A stretch of 64,000 nucleotides of DNA from Syncephalis fuscata S228 (GCA_025786725.1 JAHLTZ010000002.1:868001-932000), one strand, 5' to 3'. Counted from the stretch's first letter, positions 27,472 through 43,452 are shown. The notes: generated from the sequence alone by a model not told the origin. Made by a program: numbers and translations.

Positions 27472-30400
27472 GATATAAATCAATGGTAATCAACGGGATA
27501 AGCTTCTGATTGTGCCGTAGTAAACAATAGTGTACTGCGCAGTCAAAGTAGTTGAGAAAGATACACACGCACGTAACAAATAACCAAGTTTAGCTAGCTG
27601 TAGTGCCAATGGTAATAACAACCGTATGAGGTATAGTAATAGTATGTAGTAAAAGTCTGGATCGCCGGATCACAGAAGGAATGTTGTAGTGCAAATAAAA
27701 ACGACAATCGACGTCGTCTGCAGTGCGTCCAAGGCGGCTAGCGCACGTGCGCGGGCAAGTAGTAAGTAGAAGTAGTAGTAGTAGTAAATAGTAGTAATAC
27801 GAGCGAGCGTGTAAACAACAACAACAAGTCGAAACAATCGAGCAGTAGCAACGGTTGTTTATGCGTAGAAACTGCACAGAATTTAGTAAAGACTATTGCA
27901 AACAATAGCGCGATGATCTGAGCGCGAAAGCACACCAGTATATAAAGATGAGAGCGATGGTATAGGTATGGCTGTGGTGATGGTTGTTTGTTTGTCTGTT
28001 TGTTTGTTATTTGGTAAAGGTAGGAGCGGGCGAACGAAAGAGAATAGCAGGCTGGCTGGCAGGCTGGCCGACGCGCAAGCAATAAGTAGTCGAAACAAAT
28101 GAACGAGAAAGTAGACGAAAGTGCAGAGAAAAGAACACAATAGCAACAACACAGTAGTAACAAAGATGATGTTTTGTAAATAAGTGCGTGTGTGCGTGTG
28201 TGTGTACGTGTGGTGCGTGCAGGATGATGAAAAAGACAGAACAAAACGCAAAGCTGGGCGTTTGCGAAGTGTAAAAGTAAGAAAGAGTGAGAATAAAAGA
28301 GTAGAGAGAGGAATAGGAGAGAGAATATAAGTCTCGATGTAGTGTGTGTGCGTGTGTGTGTGTGTGTGGATGAATAGAAGCTGATTCGTTGGTTAGTTGA
28401 TGAGTTGGTCAAGAAAGGAGAAAGTGATGTGTGGTGTGGGTGTGTGTACTGTTACTAATTATTGGATATGGAAAAAAGGAGTGTATGCTCGATAATGTGA
28501 TGTTGATGGTAGGCTTATCCTGCCATGTGTATTCTACAGTGTGTGTGTTCATCGGTGATACTTTTATGGAGGGAAAATGGAATGACTGTGAGAGAATGAA
28601 CCAGTTAAAGGAGGCCAAGTGAATATCATCAACAGTTCTGGTTGGCTGAGAATAAGAGCCGTGAGAGAGAATATAAATATATTTATTGGTAGTATATGTA
28701 CATATATAGAGAAAGGAGCACTGGTGAATGCATCTATGCCGCGCCATCGCTATTTGGACCATTATCGCGTAAACCCTTAATAGAAATATCCACGCCATCA
28801 TTACAGTCTATATTTTATAGAAATAATAATGACTGGAAATGAAATAGATGCTATTTAAACTTTTACCTTAATTATCTGTTATGTAATTATCCAGGTGAGC
28901 TTTGTTAAAGATGAATAAATCGGTATCCAAGTACAAGGATCAATGATCCATGGTTCATTATGTTAAATAAATACAAGACAATGAACGATAGTTACCAGGG
29001 AAGGCTTTATCTATCCAAAATAAGAAAATAAAGATTACCAAAGGTGAATTAATATGGAGAGAGGCGATGGGGCTGTACAAAGGTTGTTATAGTCAACTGG
29101 TAGGCCTTTATTAAGATTTGAATAAAATATTAATGTAATAGATTGAATTGTACTTGCGTCCCCTGTTTTGAGTGTTCAGAGTAGATTTGTTTCAATTGAG
29201 GTTATACTGTTGTTATGCGTAACATAATAATATTACTTTTTATTAAAACATTGTTAATAAATTGATTTAAATAAACAATGTGACATAATATTTTGATTTC
29301 TTTGAAACATATAAGACCGATTATTGTTAGCCATGTATAAAAAGATTGATCGAATATTAATATATTACAATGAGTTACATTCACTACAATTACAACCATG
29401 TTAGCTATTTTAGCAATGATATCAATAATTAGTTAACTGTTCTATTTGATCATACTAGTGTTGTTGTATTAATATATACATACTATGTACCATTTCATTT
29501 TTAACTTTTAATTTTGATACTTGTTAATTGAGTTAAATAAACTGCATTATTATACAATTTAATTGAATTTATTGGCCATTTATTATAATTTGTGGTTAAA
29601 ATAACTACTTTAATAACATTCAATTTATTGAACATGATGATGGATGATGAGTAACATTAAATATCAAATTGTAATGTTTTGAATACTTTAAAGTAACAAT
29701 ATTTGAATTAATAGTTATTTATTATCATCACATCCATTTATTCTCAGTTTAAGGCTAGGAGGCATAGAGTAAAATAACATCGTGTAATGATAAAATGTAT
29801 TAATAATGACATTATCAACGTTAGTACATTTTATTTGTAGTGTTCCTTTTAAACTTCTCTTACACTTTGATTCACTGTTTTGTAACACAAAGCAGACGGG
29901 TTGGGTCGAGTCAATTTTTCTGGTATTTATTTACCACTCTATCTTGCCTGTATGCGCGTGTATGCGTACTCTTCTCCCATCACTTATCTTCGATTGCTTT
30001 CTTTGATCGCTCCCCTCTACTTTTCTTCTTCTCCGTGTCTCATTGATTGCTTTGAACTGTTACTTACCACTTGGTTGTTAGTAGGAGTAATAGTAATAGT
30101 ACCATTGCAATAGCCATTAGTCACAGATCATTTAGCAAAGACCAAGCGTGGAAGAAGGTGGGTACACAACAAAGCGTTAAGCATATAGAGTGGCGTATAG
30201 AAGTAGAAGCCATACAAGAGATAGACAAATATGGCGCAGTTGCGATCATCTATATAGCAGCTTGCCTATGTTGCCGCTTAATCTTGCCTGTTCACCATTG
30301 CGTATGAATAGACTATCTTGTTATTGCACAGTAATAGATTGGTTTATTTTAGCCAATATACGATCTATGCGTACACAATGACATGTATTGGTTTCCTCTT

Positions 30401-31187
30401 TTTATCTCCTTTTTGAATAGTTATAGTAATTAACAAATCATATAATAGTTTGTTATTAAGATAATTAATATTTAGTTACTGTAATATATTATTACAACAG
30501 CTATTATTGTTACATTAATAAGAATAATAATTGTATTATATGAGCACTGTATTATTACACTATTGTTATTATTGTTATTGTTACTACTGCATGGCTACAT
30601 TTACACTTTGAACTTTTCCTCTTTCTCTCTTTTTTCCCTTTTATTACTCACAACGCACACACAAAACACACACACACACACACAAAAGATAACTTTTTAG
30701 TTGTGCTTGTTCTTTTTCATCTTGGCTCGATTCTATTGAATATACTGGTTAAGAGAATAGTAGCTCTTTTGCTATTTCATATATATATATATATATACTA
30801 CGTATATCTTTATCAATCTTTTATCAGCCTCATTATAGTGTGTTGTTGTTGTTAGTGTGTTGTCACTATCACTATTGCTAGTGCCATTGTCTCTATAGTT
30901 GATTCTATACGCGTGCGTGGACACGAGTGTTTGTATCGTTTGTATCGTTTGTAATTGTGTCGCCTTGTGGACGTAAAACGATTGCCATAACCGCCAAACC
31001 GCCAATTTGGCCCCACTCAAGTCATCGGATTTTCCTCTTTCTCTCTTTCTTTCTCTTTCTTTTCCCTCTCTTTTACTTTTCTTTCTCTTTGGTTTGCTTG
31101 CCTTGAGGGTTTCTTTTACGTGTTGCACGGCCACTTACCAATTCGATATATTATTATTATCATTGTTATACTATCACTAGCATACAG

Positions 31188-32666
<1,479 letters not shown>

Positions 32667-33400
32667 TACGAAAGAAGAGTAAAGCGAGGAGGGTAAGAAG
32701 GATAGTCCCATTGTTGCTCCGCCGGACGATGCCAACCACCACCACCATTTATCCATTCAACAATAGTAACAACAATATACTTAACTTTGACTATTATTAC
32801 TACTATTACTACTACTTAACTACTACTACTACTACTATTACGCCATCACTTGTTCCTTTTCTTTTTCTTAATCGTACACACTTTTATACACGCATTACAT
32901 ACAACACCATTGACATTGACACGACCCGGTGAAGATTTAAAAGATACGCCAATGGCAATGTGTGTGTGTATGTCTACGTTCAGTGTGTTTCTGTGTTTGT
33001 GCGCGTCTATTTTGTGTAAGAGTGCTATTGTTGTTATTGTTGTTGTCATTGTTGTTGTTGTTGTTTTTACGTAGACATACTTCACGTTGAGCATGCTGGG
33101 ATTTGATCAGAAATATATTAACTCTACCTACCTTAAACCAACCACTACCTATTGCTGCACAATAAATTAGTTTGTCGGTAAGTCATTGAGTATTTAAGAT
33201 GTATAGGTTGTTATATATATATGTGTGTGTATGTGTGTTTGTTTACATGTGTGTTTATGTATGCGTATTTATATTTGTGTAAATAGATCCATGTTTTTAT
33301 TCTAGTCATTAGTATAATAGACTCGATAAGAGTGAGTTAAATGAAATAGTGAAATAGTTTATTACGTAAAGATCAATAGCCGATTTATTTAATGGCTGCT

Positions 33401-36400
33401 TTATAATGACGTGTCGAGTTGCATCGAGGCCATATTTGTTTCTAAAGATTGAATACGTTGACGTTCATCGGTTAGATATCGGATTAAATAGGTATTTTCA
33501 TTGCAACTATATACAAATAAAATATTTAATCTATCGTTAGTATTATACTCATTAACATAATATATAAATAATAACTTACGTTTTAGCAAGTGTTTCATGC
33601 ATACGTGCTAAACCTTTTCTTAAAGCACGCATTGTTGGTTGTAATTGGCCGGCATGGTCGCGTAAATAAGTGGCATGTTCGCCAAGAAGTGCCACCGACC
33701 ATACAAGGTGAAAGTGAAGATGGCGCGACTTTTCAAGTTCTTCAGCAATAAACCGTAATAGTCGTTCAAGATATTTCGTAGGTAAAGCGTTGGCCACAAG
33801 TGGTACATCAACAGGTGGTATAGCTTCATAACTGCGCCGCATTAATTCAACGTCATTAAGTCGAATGGACATGGCTAGCGCACGCAACCAAGCACGTTCA
33901 TTCAATGAAACAAGTACAGCATCAGGTGTTAGATCCATATCAAGTTCAATCGGATCGAATTGGCTGGCATCATCAAGTGAAAAGATAACAAGGCCATCGG
34001 TAGCGGCGGCGGCCCAGCAACGGCCAGTTGGGGAGAATCGTACCCACTTTGTACGCATTTCTGGCTTTACTGAACGTACAGATAGGTCGCCTTTTTGAAC
34101 ACCGGGTAAAGCACGGTCACGCAATGTACTTTGACCACGACCACGTCGTTTACTCTCGCGTAGCTCTTCTTCCTCTTCGCTATCGGTCATCGGCGTAGCG
34201 TCAGGTCCGGCCTCGGTAATTCGTTTACTATTAAGCATTTCACGTACACCATCGTAGGAGAAGTTACGTGAAATTTCAAATCGACGTAATAATGCACGAC
34301 TATCAATGTCATAAAGACAAACAAATCGACAATTGCCACCACCTAATAGGCTACGACCATCGGCTGTATAGCAGATACTATTGAAGTAGCGATCGGAATC
34401 ACGATTATTCGTAGCACGTCGATCAACTTGGCGACGGCCCAAGCCAATATCGCGACGTACATCCATCACACCAAGTTGGCGGCCGTGTTCTGAATCCCAA
34501 AAGGTAAGTTCGCCATTAAGTGTTGCTGCCGCAATACGACGACCATCAGGACGATAAGCAATAGCGAGTACTTCGGCCTGGTGCTGGAACACTTCGACTG
34601 CTCTACCTCTACCGAATACATCCCATGTACGAACGCTATGATCCCATGATCCAGAGGCTAGTACGTTATCGACTGGTGAAAACGCCAGTGCACTTACAGG
34701 TCCTTCGTGACCAGCAAGTACATCGAGTAGTCGACCCGTTTGCATAGACCATACAAAGATTTCAAAGGAATCACGTGAACCGGCACAAACAATTTCACCG
34801 CTTGGATCACAAGCTAGACTGGCGAATTGTTTTGGTTCTGGTGTTAAAAAAGTACGGAAATTACGATAACGAGTCATATCATAGGCGCGTACCGTTCCGT
34901 CTAACGAGGCCGATAATACAACTTGACCTTGTTTAACAAACTCAACAGCCGTTACCGCTGCTGTGTGCTCTGAAAATGTAATAAAACAGAATCCAGATGC
35001 AGTATTCCACACTTTAACCTTGCCATCGGCACCGCCGGTCACTACATGTTGTCCATCGGGCGAGAAGGCCAGCGTATCCATGTCATAGTAGTGGCCTTGC
35101 TGTTTCAACACATATGATTCAGATTGCCATTCCCAAACAAGTAGCTGACCAAGTTTAGCCGATCCAAATGCTAGCCACTCGCCAGTATTATTGATGGCAC
35201 AAGTGTCAATACGATGCTGTGAAATACTAAATAATTCAATCCTTTTAATACAATTCGTTGTAATTATACTAGTTATTACCTTAGTGTATGAATGTTATTA
35301 AAATCTGGCATTTCCCAAATACCAAATACACCACTAGCAAATCCTACACATAACAATCCATTACGTGGTTGATATGTGGCACAGATAACACGAGCATAAT
35401 TCTGTTTAAACATGCGACGTTCAACAATCTTCCAGTTACGTGCGTCGGTAATACGAGATGCATCTGCATCGGCCATCTCTGTTTGTGGCTTATTATTGTC
35501 TTCTTCCTCTTCCTCTTCTTCCTCTTCAGTATCTGACTCTGATGTTTTGCGATTATTGTAACGTCTACGTTTTAATTTGCATCGCCATGCAAATAGACTA
35601 GCATCGCGACTAATCGTATAAATCTAATAGGCCATTAATATCACTTAAATAACCTGTTATGTTAAACAATACTTACTGTTTTTTGGTCTTTGGAGAAAAA
35701 AGCATTAACAATAGCTGCTTTATGGCCTGATAATGTAACTGCACCAAAGCCTTCAATCGGATCCAACGAGTAAAGCCGACAGGTCATATCTTTAGACCCA
35801 CTAACAAAGAATCTAATAAATCAAATATTAACAAAACTGCTACTAAATAGTATTAAATAGTATTAGATAGTATTTACCGTGAATCAGGTGACCATTGAAT
35901 TGAAGTAACATCATCCAAATGACCAGGGAAAGTACGATAATGAACAAATGGTGCAAATTCAGGATTCAATCCAGGTGAACGCCACACTTGAATTTGTTTA
36001 CCAATGGTCACTGCAAAGTATCTAATGTTAAATTAGTTAAGTGATTAATTGATCAGTATTATTGCTATTTTTACTATTATTTCTACTATTAAATACTTAC
36101 TTGCCATCCGGACTGAATTGTAAATTACGCACTGGACTTTTAAAGTTAAATTCACTTAGTAGAACACGTCGTTGAAAGTTAACAAGAATAGCTCGACCCG
36201 CTAATTGATATTATCCAGACATTGATAAATACATCTATAACTAGATAGATACCATCTATATCATATTTTAGTACTTACATTGGTCAATGGCTAGTAAAAG
36301 CGCATCGCTAGGTGAAAGTGCAATATGGGCAATATTCTGCTTGGTCTCACAAGGCAATGTATACGATTGATTGCTGTAATACATTATTACCATTAGTTAT

Positions 36401-36648
36401 GTTATTTCTTTATTACCTTTTATTTATTCAACAAAAGTTACAACTTACTTTACAAGATCGAAAACCGACACGCGATTACCAACAGGACTTAGTAGTGTGC
36501 TGCCATCTTTAGTAAACACTAAATTGCCCTCACGATAAACCGTGCCACATAAATTGGCAAACTATAGTGACATGCATTATTATTGTTATTATTAACAAGA
36601 GCATTATAATGATATCAACACGCAAACTACCTTATAGTTTGTCTTCAT
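33401..36648 (-). CDS. PWP2: Periodic tryptophan protein 2 (UTP1), WD40 SSU processome factor
   Basis: MKTNYKFANLCGTVYREGNL, LGQLLVWEWQSESYVLKQQGH, RAYDMTRYRNFRTF, and a Utp12-type C-terminus. Confidence 0.95.
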
Positions 36649-37002
36649 TTCGTCTACGTTTACTTAAGCCGTATAATCGTATAAAAGAATGGAGTAGAGT
36701 GCAAAATACCAAGTAAATTCACAATATGAAAAAAAGAAAAATAAAATAAAAACTCAAATCACTAAGCGATCATTTATTCATTTGCTCACTAAAACAATAG
36801 TAACACCATTTATATTAGTCAATCAATTAATTAATTAGTTGATAAACAACAATAGTTAATCAGCTTTTTTACTATTATTATGATGATGATTATAATTATA
36901 ATTACTATCTAATACACAATACAAACAAATAGAGGATTATATACCAACCCGTACACCGCCGTATCCCGACGAGATTTAATGAAATAAACAAAAAACATGA
37001 AA

Positions 37003-38714
37003 TTATTTAGCACGGAAGAATTCCGCAGCATTGGATAAATGACGACGGATATCCAGTGATTGAACACCTCGATGGCCAGGACGAGTACCATTTGCCGTTG
37101 TTGCTGTTCGCATAGTGGCTGATGTTGATTTACGCGATGTGGGCATATCATCTTTACGCAATGCTCGTTGATTCTCAAATCGTTCTGGTGCCGATGTGAT
37201 AATACATTCAATGGCTTCATAGTCACTCATTGAATATCGCTTCTGATGTTGCCATACGCGTGGCATTTCTGCATCTTGATTACTCATACGCAGTTCATCC
37301 AATCGACGAATACGTGTCATAATACCTTCAATAAACATATCGCGTTGTTTCTGTCCACTCATCGTATATCGTTGGCGAACATAGGCACTAGGTGTACGTT
37401 GTAGGCGTTGGGTTATTCGCGAAATATCGTCCTCTCGTTGTAATTGTGGATTCATCCAATCCTAGTTTATAGTATATTGCATTAGCTATATTCATTACTA
37501 GTATACCAACAACGCTTACCTGGTCTGTCAATCGAGTACGATCCATTTTCTCGACTAAAGCCGTTACGCGTGCCAGCTGCATACGACGGTCGAGTGATTG
37601 GTCAATTGCTACACGTTGATCAACCATTTGATGGCCGCTACGCTCAATAGCATCTGTAAGTTCTACAAGTGCCGATTGGCGTGTAGAACGCAACTCAACC
37701 CGCTGGCTATCCATTCGCTTTGACAAACGAATAATACGTTTTGCCAAATCAACTGCAGCCATTTCTTCTTGTTTATCTGTTGATAGTGTAACACGTTGAT
37801 CGGCAAATGCATCGCCAGTCATTACGGCCAATCGATCAATGTCATTAAGTACTTCGGTAAGTGCTTCAAGCGAATCGGGTGCCAAATGGTCCATTGCCTC
37901 TACGGCTTGTCGATATTGGGGCAGCATATCGGTATCAGAGGTGGCCTGGGCCTCGTAAAATTCGGTAAACAATGAGGCTATTGGTTTAAGCTGATCCGGA
38001 TCAATACTTGAAAGACGTGGATCGGTCTCAGCTATGACAGATGCGGACTTCAATGGAAATCCGTCGGATTTTGGCTGACCAGTTTGATCATGACATTCCG
38101 ATGCAATAGTTGTCGTTTCCGCATCCGACATTTGCTGTGGATGACGTTGAGTGTTACTATTATTAACATGCTGATTATCAGGCTCTACTAATTGAAGAAA
38201 GTCTTCAAGTAAGCTGTTACGGGCTGTATTTTCAGTGTCTGTGCGGAATATCTTGGTCAATACCGCTTCTGAACCAATCGTATCATTCGTATCGGTTCTA
38301 GTTAGCACATCTGGCAGTGCAGGAATTTCTACCATTTCAGATGAACTATCCTCAACAATATTATGACTTGCTATAATTAATCCACTCTCATCTTCATTTA
38401 TATCGTTTAAATTGGATGGCTACATAAGAAATGTAATATAAATGTACGTGTTAATGAATAGAAATAGAGTAAATTTACTAATTGCATCTAAACGCCACTC
38501 TTTCTAGCATATCTCCACACACATCCAATACACTAAGCAATACAGCAATAGCCCTTGGGTCATTGTGTCCCCTTTTTCTATCAGACCCAATATATGTTGC
38601 AAAAAAAGCTGTGCATAGATGGATATGCGTACAGGTACATATCCAATCGTCTATCCACCCATCTACCAAAGTACCGATACTTACCTCAGTGTGATCAACA
38701 GTCGAGGTAGGCAT
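37003..38714 (-). CDS. Uncharacterised helical protein with tandem GoLoco-like (D/N/S)Q(R/D) repeats
   Basis: Long ORFs joined by a GT-AG intron at ~37519-37462. Probable short first exon MPTSTVDHTE at 38714. Repeats FADQRV, RMDSQRV, MVDQRV, RLTDQD, RMSNQDA and RFENQRA. Confidence 0.72.
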
Positions 38715-39616
38715 GATAGAGGTGTATTAATAATAGTAATAATAGCACAAGGTGTTGGTTGGTTGGTTATTGCTTTAGTTGCAAGTCTTGGATGAGAAGT
38801 TAGAATGCCAGCACAAGAAACGTCTTTTCACAGTAGGTATCGAGAGTAATATGAATTGGTATAAAGGATTGGTAACAGACCAGGCTGCAATAAACGAAAG
38901 TGCTAACACAATAAAAAGACAAAGCAACAAAAATGCCCACGCATATACTTGGTCAGTGCAATGTGTTAAAATAAACGCTGGCTAGTTCAAAAATATGAAA
39001 TGAGAAAAGAAAAGTATAGTAACGAGGTGCTATTGTTGTTACTAAACGGAACGGCACTCAAACGCTGATAATAAAAGGTAAACGACACAAAGAGGAATAG
39101 AAAGAAGGACAAAGTGAGCGAGTAACCGAACTATCAATAAGAACAAACGAGAGAGAGAGGAGAGAAGAGAGAGAGGCTGTTGTAGTCAATGATAGACACA
39201 ATGGTGTATCAACTTTGCAGGTCACATGGATTCAATACCACGTGATTATTGAGTGTATTAATCATATTAACAATGAGATAGTTTGAGATGTCATGGTCCT
39301 GTTACACTGGATCAGGTCATTTACTAAGATTTCATATAGCCTATGTCTAATCGTATTTAATAATGACGAAATACTAATAGATAAGGCTTATTTGATCTTT
39401 TGTTCTATTATTTATATACTGTTTATTATTAGATGATTACTTGAATGTAAAATGCGGTATTCTTGTTAGTAAATTAACATTTGTAATCATAAAATGTCTG
39501 TATTTAGTACAAATAATAGATATGACGATTAATAGGATTAGTAAAACAGCATATGTATGTGTATTGAATATAACCATTGGTATAATAAACGTTATATTTA
39601 TTGCTTGTTACTATTC

Positions 39617-41469
39617 TTAAAGAATAGCTGGAAGGATTTTACCATTGCATGGACCAAATCCAATACGGTAATCTTGTCCCTGGCAGTAGCCTGCTAAGTT
39701 GACCTGGTCACCATCTTCAATAAATTTACGAGTTAGTCCACTGCCAACATCGACGTCTTTTTGACCGGTCCAGGATAGTTCTAACATAGAACCAAATGAT
39801 TCTTCCACCTAGCAACACATGGTAAGTTGTCTATATACTCTTGATAATCATTATACTACTTACTGGTCCACTGATGGTGCCACTACCGCACAAATCACCA
39901 GTACGCATGTTACAGCCATTAACCGTGTGATGAACTAGCTGCTGTTTGAATGTCCAGTACATATACTTGAGATTGGATTGGCAAACTGTCTTGGCTTCAC
40001 TATGACCAGCCGCTATAGTTGTATTGACATTATTGTATTTAAATTAGATTAAATAATAAAATATAGCACTTGATACTTGCGTGTAATTTGGACCTCTAGA
40101 TTAATGTCATAGCCACTTGATACACTATCACACAAATATCCCAATGGTTTGGGGTCCTAATAGTAATATAGTATAGTATAGTATAGTATATTATAGTATA
40201 ATATAATTAGATCAATCTAATAAATACTAATTATGATAATTACCTGGACAGGTGGTGAACAACGGAATGGCTCCAATGCATCCATAGTGACTACCCATGC
40301 AGAAATAGTAGTGCCAAAGTTTTTACCCAAGAATGGACCTAATGGAACATACTCCCATGCTTGAATGTCGCGTGCTTATAACAATGAGTAAGTATTATAG
40401 AACACAGTTAATATAGCAGTGTTATTAACTTACCACTCCAGTCATTGAGAAGAACGGCACCAAAGATATGATTATCAGCTTCGTGCATAGTAATTGGCTT
40501 GCCCAATGGATTGCCTGTGCCAACGAGGAATCCCTATAATTCAATTATATACAGATACAGTTACCTATTAGTTGTTTTATTATTGTTTTATCTTTTTAAT
40601 TACCATTTCCAATTCAAAATCAAGACGGGTAGAGGCACCAAACACAGGTGGCTGATCCTTTACCGGGCATCGTTGACCACATGGACGACGTAGTTCAGTG
40701 CCACTGACTACTACCGATGAGGCACGTCCATGATATCCAACGGGTAGATGTGTCCTATTACACACACATATATATATATTAATTAGCTATTGGTTAGTAT
40801 TACAAGTAAACTAGCTTACCAGTTGGGCATCAAAGCATTCTCTTTGCCGCGGAACATGATACCAACATTAGTGGCATGCTCTTTTGATGCATAAAAGTCG
40901 GTGTAGTCGCCAATTTCGACAGGAAGATGCATTTTTACACTAGATAGTGAAATCAATGCTTTTTGGCGGAGTGTTGTATTGTCACGTAGTACTGGCTCGT
41001 CCACCGATAGAATATGTTGCAAGAAACGACGGGTTGCTTGCCATATGGGTTTACCTAGTGACATGAATGCATTAAGAGTAGACTATATGCACATAGCAAT
41101 GTGAATGATTAATGATTATATCACCATCATATTGTTATAACCATTAGTATTCAACTCATTTAGCATTTTTTATTTATTTACCTGAGAAAAAACATGAAGG
41201 GCCTTCTCGCCTAACTCTGGAACGTGCTTTTCAATCAAGCCAGAAGCAGCCAATGCATTCATATCTACAACATAGTCTCCAATGGCCACACCTGGCCGAG
41301 GTGTTGGCTATAAACAATCAGTTAATGTACAATGTTTTATTGGCTACAAATAGACTGCTTGGCCATTAAAGCTTACGTTATGTACAGTGGAAAAGATACC
41401 CCATGGAAGGTTTTGAATAGGAAAGTCAGAGTCGGGTGACACTTGAATAAACGACTGAAGTGAAGCCAT
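39617..41469 (-). CDS. FAH: Fumarylacetoacetase, multi-exon
   Basis: [72 protein letters not shown] and GSMLELSW. Confidence 0.96.
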
Positions 41470-41730
41470 GGCAGCAGTAAATGTTAAAATGTTCAGCAGG
41501 CGTGGGAGTAATATTAGAGCAGTGGCAAATAGAAAGGAAAGGAAAAGGAAAGGAAAATGGGGCAGTGTTCAAATGACGTATTCAAATAAGTCGGTGCACG
41601 TTATGCGTAGTGACGTGCCCACGTGTATTTATAGAAAGAATAGAGTACAAGTGAGGGCTGTATTGATTTAAATAGCTACAATGCAGGTACCAATAAATGA
41701 TTATTCCAATTCTGTTCTATTGTTATTCCA

Positions 41731-43239
41731 ATGTCTATTACTGCCTCTTTAAAACAGCAGTTGCGTGGCTGTATTGCGCCGTTTATTGGTGGACAGTTTT
41801 TAACCAGTGCCGCTCGACCCACCCGTTCCGTAACTAGCCCTATAGATGGCGCTGAGTTGGCCAGTATAGCCCATGCCACCATAGCCGATGTTGATCAAGC
41901 CGTGGACCAAGCACGCAAGGCCATCCATCGAGATGCACCATGGGCCAATTTTACAGGCGCTCATCGTCGTGACGTGCTTCTATCGTTGTCTGATGTAGTA
42001 CGCGATCATCGCGATGAATTTGCCGCGCTAGAATCAGCTAACAGTGGAAAACCACTTGACGATGCGTATCTCGAAATGGATGATGTTATCGAGTGCTTCA
42101 GATGGTATGCTGGGTGTGCCGATCGTCTTCATGGAGTCATGGCTTTGCCAGGAGGCACGAATCCAACGATGCGCCAGTATACGCTACGGCAGCCAGCCGG
42201 CGTCTGTTCCATGGTCGTTAGTTTTAACTATCCATTGATGTTGGCTGCGTGGAAGCTGGCACCAGCACTGGCGTGTGGCAATGCCGTTATATTGAAACCA
42301 GCCATTCAAACGCCATTAAGCAGTTTAAGATTTGCTGAATTAACGGCAAAATTATTACCGCCTGGTGTACTTAATGTATTACCAGGTGGTGCGGATATTG
42401 GCCAAGCATTATCAAATCATGTAAATATTGATCGTTGTAGCTTTACCGGATCTACGGCAGTGGGCCGTGAGATATTGCGTGCATCAGCCGGTAGTAATTT
42501 GAAGCGGTGTACACTTGAATTGGGCGGCAAAGCAGCAATGATTGTTATGCCCGATGCCGATATGAAACGAGCTATTCGTGATGTTTTTGACATGGCATTC
42601 ACCAATACTGGACAAAACTGCTGTGCGGGTACACGTCTTTTAGTACATGCAGATATTTACGATAGCTTTATTGCTCAATTAAAGGCCCATACTGAGGCAG
42701 CACAGCTTGGCGTAGCAAAAGGATGCGTGATGGGTCCGCTAATTGATAGAATACAACGAGATCGTGTTGTTGCTTACATTGAACGTGCCATTGCTGATCA
42801 TGGACAGCAAGGGGAATTGCTATGCGGTGGACCCAATCTATCGAATGTGCAAGCAGCTTCATTGCCAAAGGAATATCTTGGTATACCGCCAACTATTTTC
42901 CATAAAGTACCCGAGGATGCTCCGCTAGCCTGTGAAGAGATCTTTGGGCCAGTGCTGTCTGTGCTAGCACCATTCCATAGCCTTGATGAGGCGATTGATC
43001 GAGCCAATAGAACACCATACGGATTGTCGGCGGCCATTTGGACACGATCACTATCTAGTGCGGATCGAGCAGTTCGCTTATTGAAAGCGGGAACCGTTTG
43101 GGTAAATCATTGCAATACACTGTATCCTTACTTGCCATTTGGCGGCATCGGACAGAGTGGCTTTGGAAAAGATCTTGGCCAAGAGGCACTCGATGAATTC
43201 AGTGATATTAAAACAGCGTCGATGCTGATGGATGAATAA
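41731..43239 (+). CDS. NAD(P)+-dependent aldehyde dehydrogenase, intronless
   Basis: FNYPL, FTGSTAVG, LELGGK (catalytic Glu), GQNCCAG (catalytic Cys), EEIFGPV and PFGG. Confidence 0.95.
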   Translation: MSITASLKQQLRGCIAPFIGGQFLTSAARPTRSVTSPIDGAELASIAHATIADVDQAVDQARKAIHRDAPWANFTGAHRRDVLLSLSDVVRDHRDEFAALESANSGKPLDDAYLEMDDVIECFRWYAGCADRLHGVMALPGGTNPTMRQYTLRQPAGVCSMVVSFNYPLMLAAWKLAPALACGNAVILKPAIQTPLSSLRFAELTAKLLPPGVLNVLPGGADIGQALSNHVNIDRCSFTGSTAVGREILRASAGSNLKRCTLELGGKAAMIVMPDADMKRAIRDVFDMAFTNTGQNCCAGTRLLVHADIYDSFIAQLKAHTEAAQLGVAKGCVMGPLIDRIQRDRVVAYIERAIADHGQQGELLCGGPNLSNVQAASLPKEYLGIPPTIFHKVPEDAPLACEEIFGPVLSVLAPFHSLDEAIDRANRTPYGLSAAIWTRSLSSADRAVRLLKAGTVWVNHCNTLYPYLPFGGIGQSGFGKDLGQEALDEFSDIKTASMLMDE

Positions 43240-43452
43240 ATAATTGGGCTTTTGCAACAATCTAGATTAACATATACATTTATCGTTTTATTGGCTGATA
43301 TTGTGGCTTACAAAGTAATAAATATTAACATAGATGTAATCAATTATAATGTTATTAATCCAATTTTACTATCTATGACATTTTTACTATTTATATATTT
43401 ATATATGCTACTAATTTAAATAATAAAAAGCCAAGTTTAATTAAATATTTTA

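Noticed and set aside
28860-29200. Slightly more complex island considered as RNase P/MRP RNA or snoRNA
   Set aside because: The conserved P4 or box C/D motifs could not be identified convincingly.
27590-31134. Cluster of 60-224 aa ORFs between VTS1 and PP1
   Set aside because: Low-complexity (CA)n/(CT)n-derived translations in divergent promoters and long 5' UTRs; no domain or coding-like signature.
39617-43239. Complete tyrosine-degradation gene cluster
   Set aside because: No HPD, homogentisate dioxygenase or maleylacetoacetate isomerase nearby; only FAH plus an ALDH.
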